Shown: positions 42,058 to 51,944 of the stretch, in pieces
Numbering within the stretch: the first letter of the stretch is position 1
Layout of the letters: each line of letters starts with the position of its first letter
DNA from: a virus
Lineage: Duplodnaviria; Caudoviricetes
IMG/VR virus record: IMGVR_UViG_3300024346_000016
Location: 55,500 to 119,499 of that record
Length of the DNA: 64,000 nucleotides
Strand: one strand, 5' to 3'
Notes under the pieces: model-generated
Seen by the model: the letters and a program-made list of their open reading frames with translations, nothing else
Told to the model about the DNA's origin: nothing
Database searches by the model: none
Position numbers and translations under genes: made by a program

Positions 42058-42333
42058 ATGAACAAAGTAGAACAATTTTTACAGAAACACGGATTAAAAG
42101 TAGTAATATTCTTATTGATTTTAACCTATATGAAATCTTGCGGTGTAGATCGCGAGGTTGTTAAAATAAAGAAACAATTAACAACTCTAGATTCGATAGC
42201 AACAAAAAAGGACCTTGAAATAGAGGGTCTTAAAGCAGAAAAACGAATGATTCAAGCAACCGATCGTAAAATGTTAGATGTTCAGCGTCAATCTGAAATT
42301 GATGTTGAATTAAAAAAACTTGGAGCACAATAA
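42058..42333 (+). CDS. Small membrane / lipoprotein-like coiled-coil protein (spanin-like candidate)
   Basis: 'KHGLKVVIFLLILTYMKSC' signal with Cys, then coiled coil. TAAATA at 42029-42034. Confidence 0.45.
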   Translation: MNKVEQFLQKHGLKVVIFLLILTYMKSCGVDREVVKIKKQLTTLDSIATKKDLEIEGLKAEKRMIQATDRKMLDVQRQSEIDVELKKLGAQ

Positions 42334-43088
42334 TGAAATCTAGAGCAGCCCATTACTTTATAATTGGTTCCTTTGTTACTCTATACCTCCTAGTATCAAT
42401 TATTTCAACAATCCACGTAGTAGACTTTTTTAAATTGTCTAATCCAACGTGGCTAGCCATTTCTCTAGCAATTGGATTTGAAGTCGGAGCCGCAGCGTCC
42501 CTAGCATCTATTATCGTTTTAGATAAAATGAATAGGGGTATTGTTTGGGGACTTTTTATACTTTTAACTGCTATGCAGGCAATGGGAAATACCTATTATG
42601 CATTTTCACACCTAGAAAATTTTACAGGTTGGGTTGAACTGTTTGGCCTTCAAGAAGAGGACCTAATTTATCAAAAGCGCATGCTTGCAATTATTTCAGG
42701 TGCAGTTTTACCAATTGTCGCATTAGGTTTTATTAAATCGCTAGTTGACTATATTAAACCAGAAGAGCCTAAGGCTGAACCAGAAATTTTGGCAGAAGAA
42801 CCTAAAATATCAGATTTACCTGAGTCAACCATTCCTCAAGTTAGTGATGATTTCCAAATTGGAAACAGCGGTGCATACGAACATACAGATGAGCCTAAAA
42901 TAGAGTCACCAAAACCAATTAAAACCCCTAAGGTTAAAAAAGAGACTCAGCCAGAATCAGTGAAATCTACTGGACCAATTGAAGTTGACTTAACTAAACC
43001 TAGGCATATTGATTTACTAGAAATTCCAGATAGAGATACCCGAAGACTCTCCGCGGATGAAAGACTCTCTAGAGGAATTACCCAATAA
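42333..43088 (+). CDS. Four-TM membrane protein with Pro/Glu/Lys-rich C-terminal tail
   Basis: Four hydrophobic segments in the first ~140 aa. Start overlaps the upstream stop (TAATG). Confidence 0.65.
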   Translation: MKSRAAHYFIIGSFVTLYLLVSIISTIHVVDFFKLSNPTWLAISLAIGFEVGAAASLASIIVLDKMNRGIVWGLFILLTAMQAMGNTYYAFSHLENFTGWVELFGLQEEDLIYQKRMLAIISGAVLPIVALGFIKSLVDYIKPEEPKAEPEILAEEPKISDLPESTIPQVSDDFQIGNSGAYEHTDEPKIESPKPIKTPKVKKETQPESVKSTGPIEVDLTKPRHIDLLEIPDRDTRRLSADERLSRGITQ

Positions 43089-43121
43089 TTTGGAGGTAAA
43101 TAATAAAAAGAACGTCTGCTA

Positions 43122-43910
43122 ATGTCTTACATTAAATTTAAAGGTGATCCAAGCTATAAGCGAGTTAACGCTGGCATGGCTAGGTTATGCGATTCAGTAC
43201 CTGTCAAAAAGTCGCTTAGGCTTATTGATAACTGCTTTTCAATAGTAGACAAAAATGTTAGCCAAGTTGATCTATGTGATTTCGGCAAATTAGCTTATCC
43301 AACCGATTCATATGCTAAACAAGAGTTGGAAATTTGCCAAGGCGAAACAGCAACGATATTTACAAATAGTTTATTTGGAGGAACAACCTCAACCGCTGCT
43401 ACTACACTTAATAGTGCAGCAGTAACCCTAGCAACAGCCAATCCACTAATTAAAGTTGGTACTAAAGTTTCAGGAAGCGGTATTTTAGCAGGAACAACTG
43501 TTTTAGCAATTGCCGGAACAGCCTTAACTCTATCTGCACAGGCGACTGCAACCGCAGCTGCTTCTGTATTAACTTTTACAGAAGTATTAAATCTAAATAA
43601 AGCTTACGTAAAGGGTATTATTGTATATGTAAACTATCCTACCCTTGATGAAGATGGCGCAGAAATTTCTCCAGATCAATACCACTTAACCTGTGGAATA
43701 TCTTCAGTTCTTGCAAATGGCGGAACAAGCTCATCTAACTTTAGCGTTGGACCTGCTTATATGTACTTTGCACCAGAAGATACAGCTGATCCTACTAAAA
43801 TTTTAAATAGCTTAACGCTGGCTAACCCAAGCTCAGCATTTAGTGTTAATGTTAGTGTTTTATTAATTAAAACAAAAACTGACGCTGACCCAAATAATTG
43901 TGATTGTTAA
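43122..43910 (+). CDS. Hypothetical virion protein
   Basis: 262 aa with an Ala/Thr-rich insert 'KVGTKVSGSGILAGTTVLAI..TALTLS..ATAT'. TAAATA at 43097-43102. Confidence 0.55.
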   Translation: MSYIKFKGDPSYKRVNAGMARLCDSVPVKKSLRLIDNCFSIVDKNVSQVDLCDFGKLAYPTDSYAKQELEICQGETATIFTNSLFGGTTSTAATTLNSAAVTLATANPLIKVGTKVSGSGILAGTTVLAIAGTALTLSAQATATAAASVLTFTEVLNLNKAYVKGIIVYVNYPTLDEDGAEISPDQYHLTCGISSVLANGGTSSSNFSVGPAYMYFAPEDTADPTKILNSLTLANPSSAFSVNVSVLLIKTKTDADPNNCDC

Positions 43911-44362
43911 TGAGACCAGTAATGTCATTTGGACAAAAGAATAGCTTTATAAGCAGTATTCCATTTCAAGGCCGTGGCGACTATGGCTTTTCTGCATCAG
44001 CCTCGTCATTTAGTCCTGGAATTACAATTAAGCTTTTACCACTAGCGGACTTATCGATTCCACAGGAAGTTGAAACTTCTGAATTTGATGCACTTGTACA
44101 GGAACTTAATGATCAATTTAGACCAGGTAAAAGACTAAGTGGAGTTGAAGTAAATTCTCAACACCAAAAAGGTGGTTCAGCTAAAGTATTTGGTCGTTTC
44201 ATGGGATTTGAACTAGATAGAAAACACCAGGTAATTAGAGCTTTTATTAGAGACTCTCAATCTAATAAAAAGGTTGAAGTATACGCATCTTCCCTTATGA
44301 CAGTTAACGAAGGTTCATCTAGTCATACAAAAACCTTTATTCAGTTTTTAATACAAGACTAG
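43904..44362 (+). CDS. Hypothetical protein
   Basis: 152-aa ORF (ATG 43910 likely). Ends VNE...HTKTFIQFL. Confidence 0.55.
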   Translation: MLMRPVMSFGQKNSFISSIPFQGRGDYGFSASASSFSPGITIKLLPLADLSIPQEVETSEFDALVQELNDQFRPGKRLSGVEVNSQHQKGGSAKVFGRFMGFELDRKHQVIRAFIRDSQSNKKVEVYASSLMTVNEGSSSHTKTFIQFLIQD

Positions 44363-44382
44363 AAAAGGTCTGTATTAATACA

Positions 44383-45336
44383 ATGCAAGAAATCGATCCA
44401 AATGCGGCTCAAGAATATCTAGACCAACTAGATAAAAAGTCAGGCGTAAATACTGGCAAAGCGGCAACTAAAGAAAAATCTAAAACAAAGGCGAAACTTT
44501 CTCAACCTAACGAACTTGGGTTAAAGAATATTCCACTTGAAAATCTTCCAAGTAAAGGCAAATTTTACGTAGACGGTTTTAGTCTAGCTATTAAATCAGC
44601 AACTGTTGCTGAAATTAGACACTGGTCAACCATCGATGAAACTGATATGTTATCAATCGATGATCAATTAAACTATATCTTAGAACGCTGTTCTGAGGTT
44701 AGAATAGATGATGAAATTGTTTCATGGAAAGAAATCTTAGAAATTGACAGATTCTTTATTATCTTTAAAATACAAGAATTAACTTTTCCAAATGGTGAAA
44801 ACCACCTGCCACACCGATTTGAGTGTAACTGTAGCGAGACTAAATATTCTGAAAGGCTTCCAATTGAAAGTTCAATGCTTAGAATATTTGATTTTCCAGA
44901 TGAATTAACGCAGTTTTATTCAAGCGAAGATAGAGCATATTCAGTTAAATCTGAAAAAATGAATGCGGAATTTAATATCTATATGCCAACTCTAGGTACT
45001 ATGAATAGACTTAGAGAAATCATAATTGAATTAACTGCGACTGGCCAAGAAATAGACAGAGCCTTTATAAAGATCGTACCGTACCTAGTTGGAAATTGGG
45101 AATCTTTAGATATTTCAGCATATTCTGCTCTAAATCATGAAAGTTTAACCTGGAATATTCCGAAATTTACCTTTATTTCAAAATTTGCGGATGAAATACA
45201 AAAGGCCAAAAGACAGTTGCTTAAAGCAGACTGCCCTTTGTGTGGATCTAAAATAGACTCACGAATTTTTTTGGACTCCAGCTTCACTGTTAAAGATCTT
45301 TTCCTTATTTCAACTGGATTTAGTGAACTTGTTTGA
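44383..45336 (+). CDS. Baseplate hub assembly protein (T4 gp26-like)
   Basis: 'LPSKGKFY', 'D.....D..FI.FKI..LTF', CxC and terminal 'CPLCG' zinc motif. Confidence 0.65.
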   Translation: MQEIDPNAAQEYLDQLDKKSGVNTGKAATKEKSKTKAKLSQPNELGLKNIPLENLPSKGKFYVDGFSLAIKSATVAEIRHWSTIDETDMLSIDDQLNYILERCSEVRIDDEIVSWKEILEIDRFFIIFKIQELTFPNGENHLPHRFECNCSETKYSERLPIESSMLRIFDFPDELTQFYSSEDRAYSVKSEKMNAEFNIYMPTLGTMNRLREIIIELTATGQEIDRAFIKIVPYLVGNWESLDISAYSALNHESLTWNIPKFTFISKFADEIQKAKRQLLKADCPLCGSKIDSRIFLDSSFTVKDLFLISTGFSELV

Positions 45337-45514
45337 AACTAACAAGTTCTTAGCCGTGAAGCTGAATCAATCGCTAGATGTATTGTACAGCCTACCATTT
45401 TATGAATATTCAATCTACTTAACTATCACAAATAAACAGATTTCTGATAACAATGCTCGAATTGAATCTGAGCTAGACGCCGGTCTTCCAAATTTACCAG
45501 GAAAGTTGGCGTAA
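45323..45514 (+). CDS. Small baseplate / tail assembly protein (gp51-like)
   Basis: 'LF.TN..L...LNQSLD.LYSLPFYEYSIYL', immediately after the gp26-like gene. Confidence 0.55.
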   Translation: MNLFETNKFLAVKLNQSLDVLYSLPFYEYSIYLTITNKQISDNNARIESELDAGLPNLPGKLA

Positions 45515-45558
45515 TCAATTTTCGAAAAAATTTCAATAAATAACAAAAAGAAGTATAG

Positions 45559-46608
45559 ATGGAACTTTTTATTGATCTTGCTAAGATTGCCGACGGTCAG
45601 CCAGAGCCTATTCTACCTGGGATAAATTTAAATCTATCTGGGCTCGTTGATTTTAACAAGCCAGAAGAGTCTCCTAATGTTGCACAAGGTCAGTTAAAAA
45701 CTGAAACCGAGCTAACTATACCTAATTTTAATCCGCTAGAGTATTTTGCTCAAATCCAAGCTGAATTTGCTAAAATTAAATTGGCACAGGAGTCAGTTTC
45801 TATTAAAGATGATGTTAAAACCTTTCAGGCAGTTCAGCAAAATTCAAATGCTGCTCTTGATCCACTTGCATCCTATTTTGAGCAAAGATTTAATAAAATC
45901 GAAACTATTACTAGCGATAAAGAAGAGATTCGACAATTAATTCAGGGTCAATCTGATAACAGATTGTCTGATATTCAATCTATTGTAAATACTCAACTTA
46001 CCCAAACGGCTGAACTTGAAAAAGAAAGTTCAATAAGTTCAATCTCAAATACAATAGGCGCTCTGGTTACAGAGTTAACTGAAAAACCTAAACTGACTCA
46101 GCCTGAAAATATTGCTGCAGTTGCATCGACTAACTTAATAAATTCACAGGAAACCAGATTTGACCAAACTTCACAAAATGTTTCAAATCTATCTGAAACT
46201 ATTTCTAACTTTGCAACAAATATACTTAACGGCGGAGTAGGCGGAGCCACCTCAGCCCCAGGTGAAGTTAGTAAAAATATGACATTTAGCGAACCAAATA
46301 AAAGTACGCTTCAAATTACAAAGGATATAGTTAAACCCGATTTTGGAGCTGCCTCATTATCTGCACTTAAACAAATGGCAGAAAATACCCAAACTTTAAC
46401 TAATTCATCAAATTTTGTAACAAGCGAAAATTCTCAGTATAATACTAATACAGTTAATCAAGGCCAAGCTCAACCTAATATGGAAATGCCAGCAGCCGGC
46501 GGTGGAAATACTGTGGTTATGCCAGGCGGACAGTCAGATAATTCAGCAGTATATCTTATGCAAATGCTAAACTTAATGAAGTCAGGACAACTTAGAGTTA
46601 AATTATAA
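45559..46608 (+). CDS. Hypothetical Gln/Ser/Asn-rich protein
   Basis: 349-aa low-complexity helical ORF. TAAATA at 45537-45542. Confidence 0.55.
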   Translation: MELFIDLAKIADGQPEPILPGINLNLSGLVDFNKPEESPNVAQGQLKTETELTIPNFNPLEYFAQIQAEFAKIKLAQESVSIKDDVKTFQAVQQNSNAALDPLASYFEQRFNKIETITSDKEEIRQLIQGQSDNRLSDIQSIVNTQLTQTAELEKESSISSISNTIGALVTELTEKPKLTQPENIAAVASTNLINSQETRFDQTSQNVSNLSETISNFATNILNGGVGGATSAPGEVSKNMTFSEPNKSTLQITKDIVKPDFGAASLSALKQMAENTQTLTNSSNFVTSENSQYNTNTVNQGQAQPNMEMPAAGGGNTVVMPGGQSDNSAVYLMQMLNLMKSGQLRVKL

Positions 46609-46612
46609 TAAT

Positions 46613-46837
46613 ATGAAAATACCAACAAATATCAAAATTGAAGCAAAGGGTATCGTCCTTGAATATTCTCAAATATTTGAAGAATTAGAAAGGCTTGAAA
46701 TGATGGCTTCTAACCTAGAATTACAAAAAGATTTACTATTGAGCAGACTAGAGTCGCTGAGAGATCGCGAACACATGCTAATAGATAATATAGGAGAAGT
46801 CGATAAAAAAATTACGTTAAACGAACTTTTATCGTAA
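46613..46837 (+). CDS. Small coiled-coil protein
   Basis: 74 aa with Leu heptads. Confidence 0.55.
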   Translation: MKIPTNIKIEAKGIVLEYSQIFEELERLEMMASNLELQKDLLLSRLESLRDREHMLIDNIGEVDKKITLNELLS

Positions 46838-46864
46838 GTCCATAAAAATTAGTATAGAGCAAAA

Positions 46865-49285
46865 ATGCAATCTAGATTTATTAAGTTAACGGAATATTGT
46901 TTGCTAGAGTATCAATACGAGTCTCTATCACCATCTAATCCAATCATAATCACTTCACCATTTTATACATTAAAGAATGGTGATAACGAAATATTCATGT
47001 ATAATCCAGATTCTGCACTATATGAAACTGGAAACATTAAAGACTTAACGGTCATTCCTCAGGCAACTAATGGAGGCCGTTTTGTATATCTTGATTCAGA
47101 AAACAGTCCAAACTATACTGAATACGATACAACGTTAACCGAAACTGTTGTTCCAGGCGGATCAATTATAGCAGATAGAGTTAGATTTTATATTGCAACC
47201 GGCTTTCAATTCACAGAGTTTACCAATATGGTCCTATCAATTAGACAGGACATGAACAATGGTAATTCACTTATTTTAGCAAATATTTTATTAAATGCAA
47301 CAACCCTCGGCGATGTTCTTCTCTATACGACAAGGCCGCTTATTATTGGAAATACCCTATACGATCGATATATTGATATAATTGTCCCATCTATAAAAAA
47401 TATGGATGAGGCCTTCTATACTTCGCCGAACCAGGCAAATACCTTTGCTTACCAAATTACAAATGGTGTAGGTTTAGTTAAAGATAATCCAATTACTGTA
47501 AATTTATTTGAGTGTGCATTCGGTCCAGACCTAAAGACTGAGGATGAGATTTATACTACAATTGATATTACACAAGCATACAATGCACAAATTTCACAAG
47601 GAAACGACTTTGATCTAGTTGGAGCAAAAGTTAGAGAAGCTATAGATGGCGACTATTTAGAATTTTTTGCAACTTGGGATCAGGGTTTTCCAGAAGAGTT
47701 TATTGGGATTCTTGAAAAAAGAACTGGTCAAGACTGGATAATTTTTCACCAATTAACCATCTTTGAACAAATTGGATCCGCCTTTGTTAAAAGCGGCGAT
47801 GCCACGTTTTTTCAAGAAACTAACTTTGATGAGCCTTTAATATTTAGGCCAATTCTTAAGAATGCAAATGAAGCTGTGACAATGGTCGTAGACTATTCAG
47901 TTAGACTTGTAAATAGAGTAACTAACGAACAAATTATCAGAACCGCATCCCTAACTGTAGTTAATCCAAACAAATATGGAAAATCTCTACTTAAATTGGA
48001 TCTTGCAGATAAACCAAATTCATATAAAATATCAAATGTGATTGTTAAAAAATTAACAGATTCTGTTCAAGTCTTTAATGATCCGTCGATGGTTAGGCCA
48101 GCTGCAATTCAACAACCGGCTGTCGCCGCAGTTCAACCTAAGGTAATAACAAACACAGTTACTCAATATGTGCCAGTGTTCTATGTTAGAAATTCAATTG
48201 CAATATCTCAAAAAAATCACCTAGTAAGATCTGGCAAAGTATCGAATCTTACATATGGTCAAGGTTTACTAGCAATTGCAGTAACTCCATTTGATAACAC
48301 ATTTATGTTTCAGGTAAAAACTGAATCGACTACTAATCAAGGCGAGGTTAGATTAAACAATATGGATTTAACTCAATTTAGTAGATTTGAACTAGTATTT
48401 GGATCAGCTGCATCGAAGGTAACGGTTGCCAATGTTACTGACCCTGCTCAAGCAAATATTGATCTTGGTGAAATATTATTTAAAGTAGATTCTGCAATCA
48501 CGGCTAAAATTCAAAACCTAGATGATGCTAAATTCTATATAGTTACCGTAGGTAAAGACGGCAGTCGTTCTGCTCTATATACTGGAAAGTGGTATAAATC
48601 AGATGAGGTTTCAACAGCAGACACAGAAAATGCTCAACAATTAAGTAAAGCAAAGGCTGAATCGGATTTGACAGATACAGTTGAATCGCTAAAGGTTAGA
48701 ATAACTGAGCTTGAGTCAGAAAATGCCAAGCTTAAAACCTCTTCCATTAAAGACACAGTATCGCAGCCAGCCGGTAATATTGAAGATAGTCCAAAATACA
48801 ATACTAATCCTATTAAAAGTACTCGCCCAGTATACAGCAGTGGAACTAGTTCAGGTGGCGGAGGTTGTCCAGTTCCAAGTATGTTAATTTTAACAGGAGA
48901 CGACGCTTGGATCAAGGCTGGCGAATTGGTAAAAGGTACTCAAATCTATACAATTCACGAACATACTGGAGAATGGGGTTACTATGCAATTGAATCAGCT
49001 GAACCTATTATTCAGCCAGTTGTTAGAGTTAACTTTGGAGAGTACTCGGTTGATGTATCAGAAAGTCATAAATTCTTAACAGTAGATGAGGAATACGTTA
49101 GAATTTCTGATCTTGTATTAGGAGACCTAATTAAAACTCTGGATGGCTTGGTTGAAATTTCATCAATCGAATCAATCGGAGAGGCCGAAGTAATAAAAAT
49201 TGAAGTAGAAGATGCCCATACATATGTTGTAGAACGAGCAATTTCTCACAATAAGATTAAATCAATTTCGGAGAGCGCTCAGTAA
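46865..49285 (+). CDS. Large putative structural protein with coiled coil, SGGGG linker and C-terminal Hint domain
   Basis: 806 aa. Hint runs C668 (48866) to HN (49252) and includes 'VSESHKFLT' and 'IEVEDAHTYV...ISHN'. Confidence 0.75.
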   Translation: MQSRFIKLTEYCLLEYQYESLSPSNPIIITSPFYTLKNGDNEIFMYNPDSALYETGNIKDLTVIPQATNGGRFVYLDSENSPNYTEYDTTLTETVVPGGSIIADRVRFYIATGFQFTEFTNMVLSIRQDMNNGNSLILANILLNATTLGDVLLYTTRPLIIGNTLYDRYIDIIVPSIKNMDEAFYTSPNQANTFAYQITNGVGLVKDNPITVNLFECAFGPDLKTEDEIYTTIDITQAYNAQISQGNDFDLVGAKVREAIDGDYLEFFATWDQGFPEEFIGILEKRTGQDWIIFHQLTIFEQIGSAFVKSGDATFFQETNFDEPLIFRPILKNANEAVTMVVDYSVRLVNRVTNEQIIRTASLTVVNPNKYGKSLLKLDLADKPNSYKISNVIVKKLTDSVQVFNDPSMVRPAAIQQPAVAAVQPKVITNTVTQYVPVFYVRNSIAISQKNHLVRSGKVSNLTYGQGLLAIAVTPFDNTFMFQVKTESTTNQGEVRLNNMDLTQFSRFELVFGSAASKVTVANVTDPAQANIDLGEILFKVDSAITAKIQNLDDAKFYIVTVGKDGSRSALYTGKWYKSDEVSTADTENAQQLSKAKAESDLTDTVESLKVRITELESENAKLKTSSIKDTVSQPAGNIEDSPKYNTNPIKSTRPVYSSGTSSGGGGCPVPSMLILTGDDAWIKAGELVKGTQIYTIHEHTGEWGYYAIESAEPIIQPVVRVNFGEYSVDVSESHKFLTVDEEYVRISDLVLGDLIKTLDGLVEISSIESIGEAEVIKIEVEDAHTYVVERAISHNKIKSISESAQ

Positions 49286-49351
49286 GAACATTAATTTGGT
49301 GTATTCGTATTAAACTACACAGATAAATAATAAAAAATAGATCGTCGAATA

Positions 49352-51016
49352 ATGAACGACTTAACAAAAAACTTAATCAAAGAATTAAAAACAGCTACCG
49401 CTGTATCTGAGAGCAGAATGCTACAGATGTTCGTCGCTGGCATTGAAGCCAACGTTACTGCTTCTGGAAACATCGAGCAGGCACTAGCCGATCTAGCTGA
49501 AGTTAGTGAAAAATTACAAAATAGTGAGCTTGATGCAATCGTTAAGAAATTTAACGAATTGTCAAACACACCGGCCAAAAAGTTAAAAATGATTGAAAAT
49601 GGTGCAGCAATTCTTCCTAAGATTGCTCAAATCAAAGAATCTGCCGCATACGCTGATCCTATCCTTAAGACCATTATTTCTGGTATTGAGAAATATGCTT
49701 CTGTAAATTCAGAGCCAATTGTAATAGAATCAGTTATTGCAAAGCTTTCTCCGTTTTCATTTGATTCAACCGTTAAAGCTGTAGTTGCAGACTTAACTAA
49801 ATATGTTGCAGAAAATAGAGCAACTCTTGCAATCTTTAATACTATTGCAGATTTAAAGAAAGCTCCAAATGCATACTATGCTAAAGTTTCTGAAAAATTA
49901 GAAACAGCTATACTTGAAGGTAGAACTTCAGTTGATGCCTTAACTATGATTCTTGCTGAGGCTACTGCACAGCCAGTTATTAAAAACCTATTAAATAGAC
50001 TTGCTCAATTTGAATCTTCTCAAAATGGAGGATTTAGTTTAGGTTCAGGTAATGGTTCTACTAAAATTAATCCAGTAATTGGAATTTATACTAAAACTGC
50101 TAAGGGAGTTAGAGTGTTAATTGAAAACCATATTATTGATATGAATGATGAAGAAGAAGCTGAAATGGTTCCATTCGCATCAATTCCTCAAGAAGATGAA
50201 TTTGCTCAAACTGCAAAAGCTTACACAGAATTAGGTTTTAAACCAACTGAACATGGAGTTGAAGCTAAAGGTAAAGCAAATACTATTGCATTTAAAGTTT
50301 CTCCAGAAGGCGAAGTTTCATTTGAAATCAATGGTAATATCGCAGAAGACTTAAATAGCTCAGAAATTTATAAAACTCTAGTTGTTGAAACAATTGCGTT
50401 TAAGCAAAATGTTGCAAAGATTTTAGAAAATGCAAATATGGTTGCTCAATTTGAATTCGTTCAAAGATTTGTTACTGAAGGTGCACAAAGCTATGCAATC
50501 AATACTGAAAAATCTGGTATCTTTGTTTTAGATAGACAAGGTCTTAAGAAATACGATACACTAGGTTTCCACAAATATGTTGCTGAAACTTTTAACTATG
50601 ACGTAAGCGATCTTTTTGCAATCCAACTTTCTGAAAGACAAGAATTTATTAAAAGTGTTAATGAAAGAAAATTAGTAATTAAATCTGATATTGCTAAATT
50701 AGAAGAGTCTATTGAGCAATTAGATTCAGTAATTGCTGAAGCTGACGAAGAAACTCAAGATCAACTTGAAACTCTTAAGCATACAATTAACTCAAGTATA
50801 GTAGGTCTTAAAGACGAATATCTTACACTAGATGATAGTTTAGAGACTGACCCAATTCTTGGTGCAAATGGATCTAAATACACAGTAGGTCAAGCAGTGA
50901 TGCACAACGGCGAACCAGTTGAAATTAGCGGAGTTTCTGCAGACGGCTTATACCAATTAAGCAATGGCGAAACAGTTAAAGAAGACGAGATTATGCCAGA
51001 AGCTGAAACTATGTAA
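49352..51016 (+). CDS. Prohead core / scaffold-like protein
   Basis: Acidic, helical, with many [ILV]xE sites (VSE|S, IKE|S, ILE|G, ILE|N, VTE|G, VNE|R) like T4 gp21 substrates. Late motif at 49324-49329 and terminator downstream. Confidence 0.5.
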   Translation: MNDLTKNLIKELKTATAVSESRMLQMFVAGIEANVTASGNIEQALADLAEVSEKLQNSELDAIVKKFNELSNTPAKKLKMIENGAAILPKIAQIKESAAYADPILKTIISGIEKYASVNSEPIVIESVIAKLSPFSFDSTVKAVVADLTKYVAENRATLAIFNTIADLKKAPNAYYAKVSEKLETAILEGRTSVDALTMILAEATAQPVIKNLLNRLAQFESSQNGGFSLGSGNGSTKINPVIGIYTKTAKGVRVLIENHIIDMNDEEEAEMVPFASIPQEDEFAQTAKAYTELGFKPTEHGVEAKGKANTIAFKVSPEGEVSFEINGNIAEDLNSSEIYKTLVVETIAFKQNVAKILENANMVAQFEFVQRFVTEGAQSYAINTEKSGIFVLDRQGLKKYDTLGFHKYVAETFNYDVSDLFAIQLSERQEFIKSVNERKLVIKSDIAKLEESIEQLDSVIAEADEETQDQLETLKHTINSSIVGLKDEYLTLDDSLETDPILGANGSKYTVGQAVMHNGEPVEISGVSADGLYQLSNGETVKEDEIMPEAETM

Positions 51017-51042
51017 TTTTTAGAATACTTAAATATTTTTTT

Positions 51043-51069
51043 AAAGCCTGAGGTAACTCGGGCTTTTTT
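51043..51069 (+). terminator. Rho-independent terminator
   Basis: AAAGCCTGAG-GTAA-CTCGGGCTTTTTT. Confidence 0.85.
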
Positions 51070-51106
51070 ATTAGTATAATATTCTAAACATACTTAAAGT
51101 AGTAAC

Positions 51107-51925
51107 ATGGCAAAACAGAAAACAGCAGATGTATTGATTAGTTTAGAAGAAGCTAGAGAACGCGGACTCTTAATCCATACCAAAAAAGACACACCCTATT
51201 TCAATTACAGTTTATTCGTAAGATCAGAAGATGAAGTTAAATACAATATTAATCAAAACATCAGTAAAACTGCTACAGGCGGGGAATACTTTAGTCCACT
51301 ATTTAGAACCGATTGGAATACTAATGGTCATCAATTTCAACTAGAAAATTTAGATCAGGAAGACGTTTGGTTAGATGCGGGTGGTCATATCGGCATTTTT
51401 GCAACTAGACTCCTAACACAGTTTCCTCGTATCAAGAAGGTTTTGTCATATGAGCCTTTCCATAATAATATTGAGTTTGCTGAACTTAATCTTGGAGAAA
51501 ACGGCGTAGCTGATCGATGCGAAATGATTGAAGCTGCACTTGTATCAGACGATGATACAAAAAATGTAGATTTCTTTTTAGCATGGGATTCAGGTAAACA
51601 CTCGCTGCTTCCAGTTAGAGGCCGTACTCAAGTAACAGTTCCAGCTAAAAACTTTAAAGATGCTCTTAAAGAGGCAACTTGCCTAAAAATGGATGTTGAA
51701 GGCTTAGAATATGACTTGATCAAATCTGTAGAGGATTGGTCAAATATCAGAATCGCAATTATTGAATACCACTTCCACTATCGTAACTTGTCTAAAGGCC
51801 GAGTTGAAAAATTTAATGAAATCCTAGATATTTTTAAAGCCAACTTTGATGACATTTATGTATGTCCAAACGTTGAAAACACTAAAACCTGGATTACTCA
51901 CTTTGCTGCAGTAAAGAGAGGCTAA
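51107..51925 (+). CDS. FkbM-family SAM-dependent methyltransferase
   Basis: 'WLDAGGHIGIFA', 'SYEPF..N', 'LKMDVEGLEY', 'IIEYH'. TAGTATAAT upstream (51072-51080). Confidence 0.85.
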   Translation: MAKQKTADVLISLEEARERGLLIHTKKDTPYFNYSLFVRSEDEVKYNINQNISKTATGGEYFSPLFRTDWNTNGHQFQLENLDQEDVWLDAGGHIGIFATRLLTQFPRIKKVLSYEPFHNNIEFAELNLGENGVADRCEMIEAALVSDDDTKNVDFFLAWDSGKHSLLPVRGRTQVTVPAKNFKDALKEATCLKMDVEGLEYDLIKSVEDWSNIRIAIIEYHFHYRNLSKGRVEKFNEILDIFKANFDDIYVCPNVENTKTWITHFAAVKRG

Positions 51926-51944
51926 TCTAAATTAACTTTATATT

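Noticed and set aside
45559-46608. Tape measure protein
   Set aside because: It follows the gp26/gp51-like genes, but it is short and lacks recognisable repeats or TM segments. Not supportable.
24020-49252. Canonical selfish inteins
   Set aside because: The +1 residues are V and K, the C-exteins are only 4 and 10 aa, there is no endonuclease, and the hosts are not conserved enzymes. They are treated as BIL/Hint-like instead.
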